This document shows positions 61,425 to 64,000 of a stretch of 64,000 bases of DNA, piece by piece. Source of the stretch: Vicugna vicugna (taxonomy: Eukaryota); the NCBI GenBank assembly GCA_013265495.1, contig MU058009.1, forward strand, positions 4,470,739-4,534,738, read 5' to 3'. Each line of letters opens with the position of its first letter. Positions within the stretch are counted from its first letter, which is position 1. Below the pieces are notes generated by a model. It made no database searches, had not been told where the DNA came from, and was given only the letters and a program-made list of their open reading frames with translations. Made by a program: the position numbers and the translations under genes.

Positions 61425-62850
61425 TAAGACAAAAACAGCGTAAGGACAGACGTCTGCATCAGCGGAAGAGAACTCAGTGCTCAGAAATGCATCCGTACTT
61501 TTATGCTCAACTCAATGACAAAAGAACAGTCTTTACAACAAATGGTTCTGGGCAGCTGGATACTCACAGGAAAAATGATGCAGCTGGACCCCCACACATC
61601 ACATCACACGCAAAAAGTAACTCAAACGGCGTCATATGCCTACAGGTAAGAACTAAATCATAGAAGAACACAAAGGTGTGACTCTTTCTGATCTTGGATC
61701 AGGCAAGATTTCTTAGATACGACACCCAAAGAACAAGCAACAAAAGAAAAAAATTAGGTAAACTGGACATCGTTCAAATTTTAAGAACTTTTAATTTTGT
61801 GCAAGTTGAAGCAAGGCCTGTGCTTCAAGGGACACTATTGAGAAAGTAAAAAAAACAAAAACAAAAACCCATACACACACAGAATGGGGGAAAAGTTTTA
61901 CAAATAATGTATCTGATAAGGAACTAGTATCCCAAATATATAAAAACACAAGCAACTCAACAATAAAATACAAATAACCCAATTACCAAATAGACAAAGG
62001 ATTTGAATAGACATCCACCCAATGAAGACGCACAAACAGCCAGCATGCACGTGAGAAGACGCTTAGCGTCATTATTCATTAAGAAAATGCAAATCAAAGC
62101 CACAATGAGTTTCCGCTCCACATCCGCTGGAATGGTTATAATCAAGAAGACAGATGAGAACAAGAATCGGTGAGGACGCACGGAAGTGAGAACCCTCACA
62201 CGTTGCTGGTGCAATTGTGAGGCAGTTCAGCCACCTTAGAAGACAGCCTGGCAGTTCCTCAAAAGACTAAAGACAGAGGTGCCATGTGATCCACCGACTC
62301 AACGCCTAGGCGTGGACACAAGAGGGGAGCGAACACTTCCATACGGCACCTGTGACGCAAACACTCATAACAGCGTGAACCAAAACAGACAAAAAGTGGA
62401 CGCAACCCAAAGGCTCATCAGCAGCTGGATGGACGCGCAGGACGCGGCGGATCCGCCAATGGAGCGTCACTCGTCTGTAAAGAGAAACGAGGCGCCGACG
62501 CCTGCTTTAGCGTGGATGGGCCTCGAGAACCGTAAGTGGAAGAAACCAAACACAAAGGGGCAAATACGGTTTCCAGTCACATGAAGTGTCCAGAAGGGGC
62601 AGCTCTGCAGAGACGGGCGCCCACTGTTTGCCAGGGGCCGGGAGAGGGGCAAGCAGGGGCGACTGCTCGGGGCCTGGGCTTCTCTGTGGGGAGATGGAGC
62701 TGCTCTAGACTTGGGTGGTGGTGGCTGCTTCGCAGCCTTGTGCTCGAACTAAGGCCACTGCATTGCACACTTGTTTAAACGGATGGATTTTTCTGGTAAA
62801 TGAATATCCCTATAAAGATGTTTTTAAAAAGCAAAACAAAACAAAAACAA
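61425..62850 (+). mobile_element. Old L1 (L1MB-like) ORF2 end and 3' UTR
   Basis: gatttcttagatacgacacccaaag, tatctgataaggaactagtatccc, gaaaatgcaaatcaaagccacaatgag, ggcagttcctcaaaagactaaagacagag; ends in an A-rich tail. Confidence 0.88.
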
Positions 62851-63459
62851 AGAAGGCCTGTCAACTCCTGAGAAGTCGAAACAGAAGTTCTTGCGCTGAG
62901 GAGGGAAGGCAGCCTCCCACATGTGGCTTCTCAGAAAAGAGCTCTTTCGTGTATTAATAGTTCAGTGCATCTGCTGAAGTCCCCATCCCTCCTTACTTGC
63001 CCACTGCTTCCTCTTCCTTCTCGAGACAACGAGCCATGCCCCGGCCAGGTCAGCCCATCTGCAATGCTTTAAACACTGCTCCATGCTCCCTCACAGCTCC
63101 ACACTGTCACCTCTGCGGCATCCTCTGCCCACCTGCCCTCCTCCCCGTGCATCCATCTGCTCGAGTCCTCTGTGGACTTGAAAACTGACACTGAGATACA
63201 ATCTCCGTCATCTCTCCCCGTCTGAGAGGTGAGTGTGGATAGACGCTCCTGGGCTCCCTGTGCAAGATGATGAGATGTGTTCATTCTGAAACATGACTGA
63301 GTGCCTAGCATGTCCCAGATTCCCTCTGGGGGTGGAAGAGTGGACAGACGATCCCCCACCCCCGCCACGTACACTGTGAAGCTTGCTGTCTAGAGGAGAA
63401 CACTGACACTGACACACGACCCTGGGACGCAGTGTGGGGTTGACCGGTGGGTGTGCTAT

Positions 63460-63720
63460 GAGGTCAGGCCTATTACAGGGTCCGTCCTGCCCAGAGAGTC
63501 TGGGTGAGGGGTGGGGGTCATTTTCTGGGCAAAGGGATAAGCATATGCAAAGGCTTTGCGGAGACAGGAAGCAGGGTGACCTTGGGTGACTGTGGCTGCA
63601 GTGAAAAGGGTCAAATCATGCAAGAGGAGGCTGGACAGGCAGGAGCCAGGACTCACAGACTGCTGGGGAAAATGCTAAGATTTTTATCTTAAGATAGAGA
63701 GATAGGAGGGCATTAAATTG
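63460..63720 (-). mobile_element. L2 LINE fragment
   Basis: ttctgggcaaagggataagcatatgcaaagg..gaggaggctggacagg..gatttttatcttaag. Confidence 0.55.
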
Positions 63721-63721
63721 T

Positions 63722-63885
63722 GTGATGATGATGATGGTGATGATGATGGTAATGATGATGGTGGCGATGGTGGTGATGATGGTGATGGTGGTGGTGATGG
63801 TGATGGTGGTGATGGTGGTGATGATGGTAGTGATGGTGGTGATGATGCTGGTGATGGGGATGATGATGGTGATGGGGATGGGTGT
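63722..63885. repeat. (GAT/GGT)n mixed trinucleotide microsatellite
   Basis: gatgatggtgatggtg... read directly; source of the poly-His and poly-Met/Val ORFs. Confidence 0.95.
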
Positions 63886-64000
63886 TAGGGGCAGGACAGA
63901 CCAACATTGGGAACAAGGGCAGAAGTGGGAATGGGAGAACTGGTGCGGATGTTGTCCAGCAGGGTGGTGGTGGCAGCCGGGACAAGTGCGGTAGCAGGAG

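Noticed and set aside
63713..63994. Poly-His and poly-Met/Val proteins
   Set aside because: These are translations of a (GAT/GGT)n microsatellite with no gene structure.

Overview
This is mammalian genomic DNA, very probably from a camelid (camel, alpaca or llama), because it carries three copies of a tRNA-derived SINE matching the camelid Vic-1 family as I recall it. The whole window appears to lie inside the IgLON-family neural adhesion gene OPCML (OBCAM) on the minus strand. The only supportable host coding sequence is one 126-bp phase 1-1 exon (53220-53345) encoding the first half of Ig domain 2. The rest is intron packed with old repeats (Charlie1 hAT transposon, MER5-like MITEs, L2, MIR, MLT1 LTRs, nested L1s) plus a few younger camelid L1 and SINE insertions with target-site duplications. 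Nearly all listed ORFs are chance or repeat-derived. I found no convincing novel gene system. The most interesting signals are: (i) a complex inverted insertion at 37722-38015, apparently copied from 35251-35432, with interleaved fold-backs; (ii) patchy AT->GC conversion of ancient repeats and two intronic CpG-island-like peaks, suggestive of GC-biased gene conversion; (iii) a 196-bp tandem duplication; and (iv) several candidate neural regulatory motifs. Repeat subfamily names and most repeat boundaries come from by-eye recognition and are approximate.
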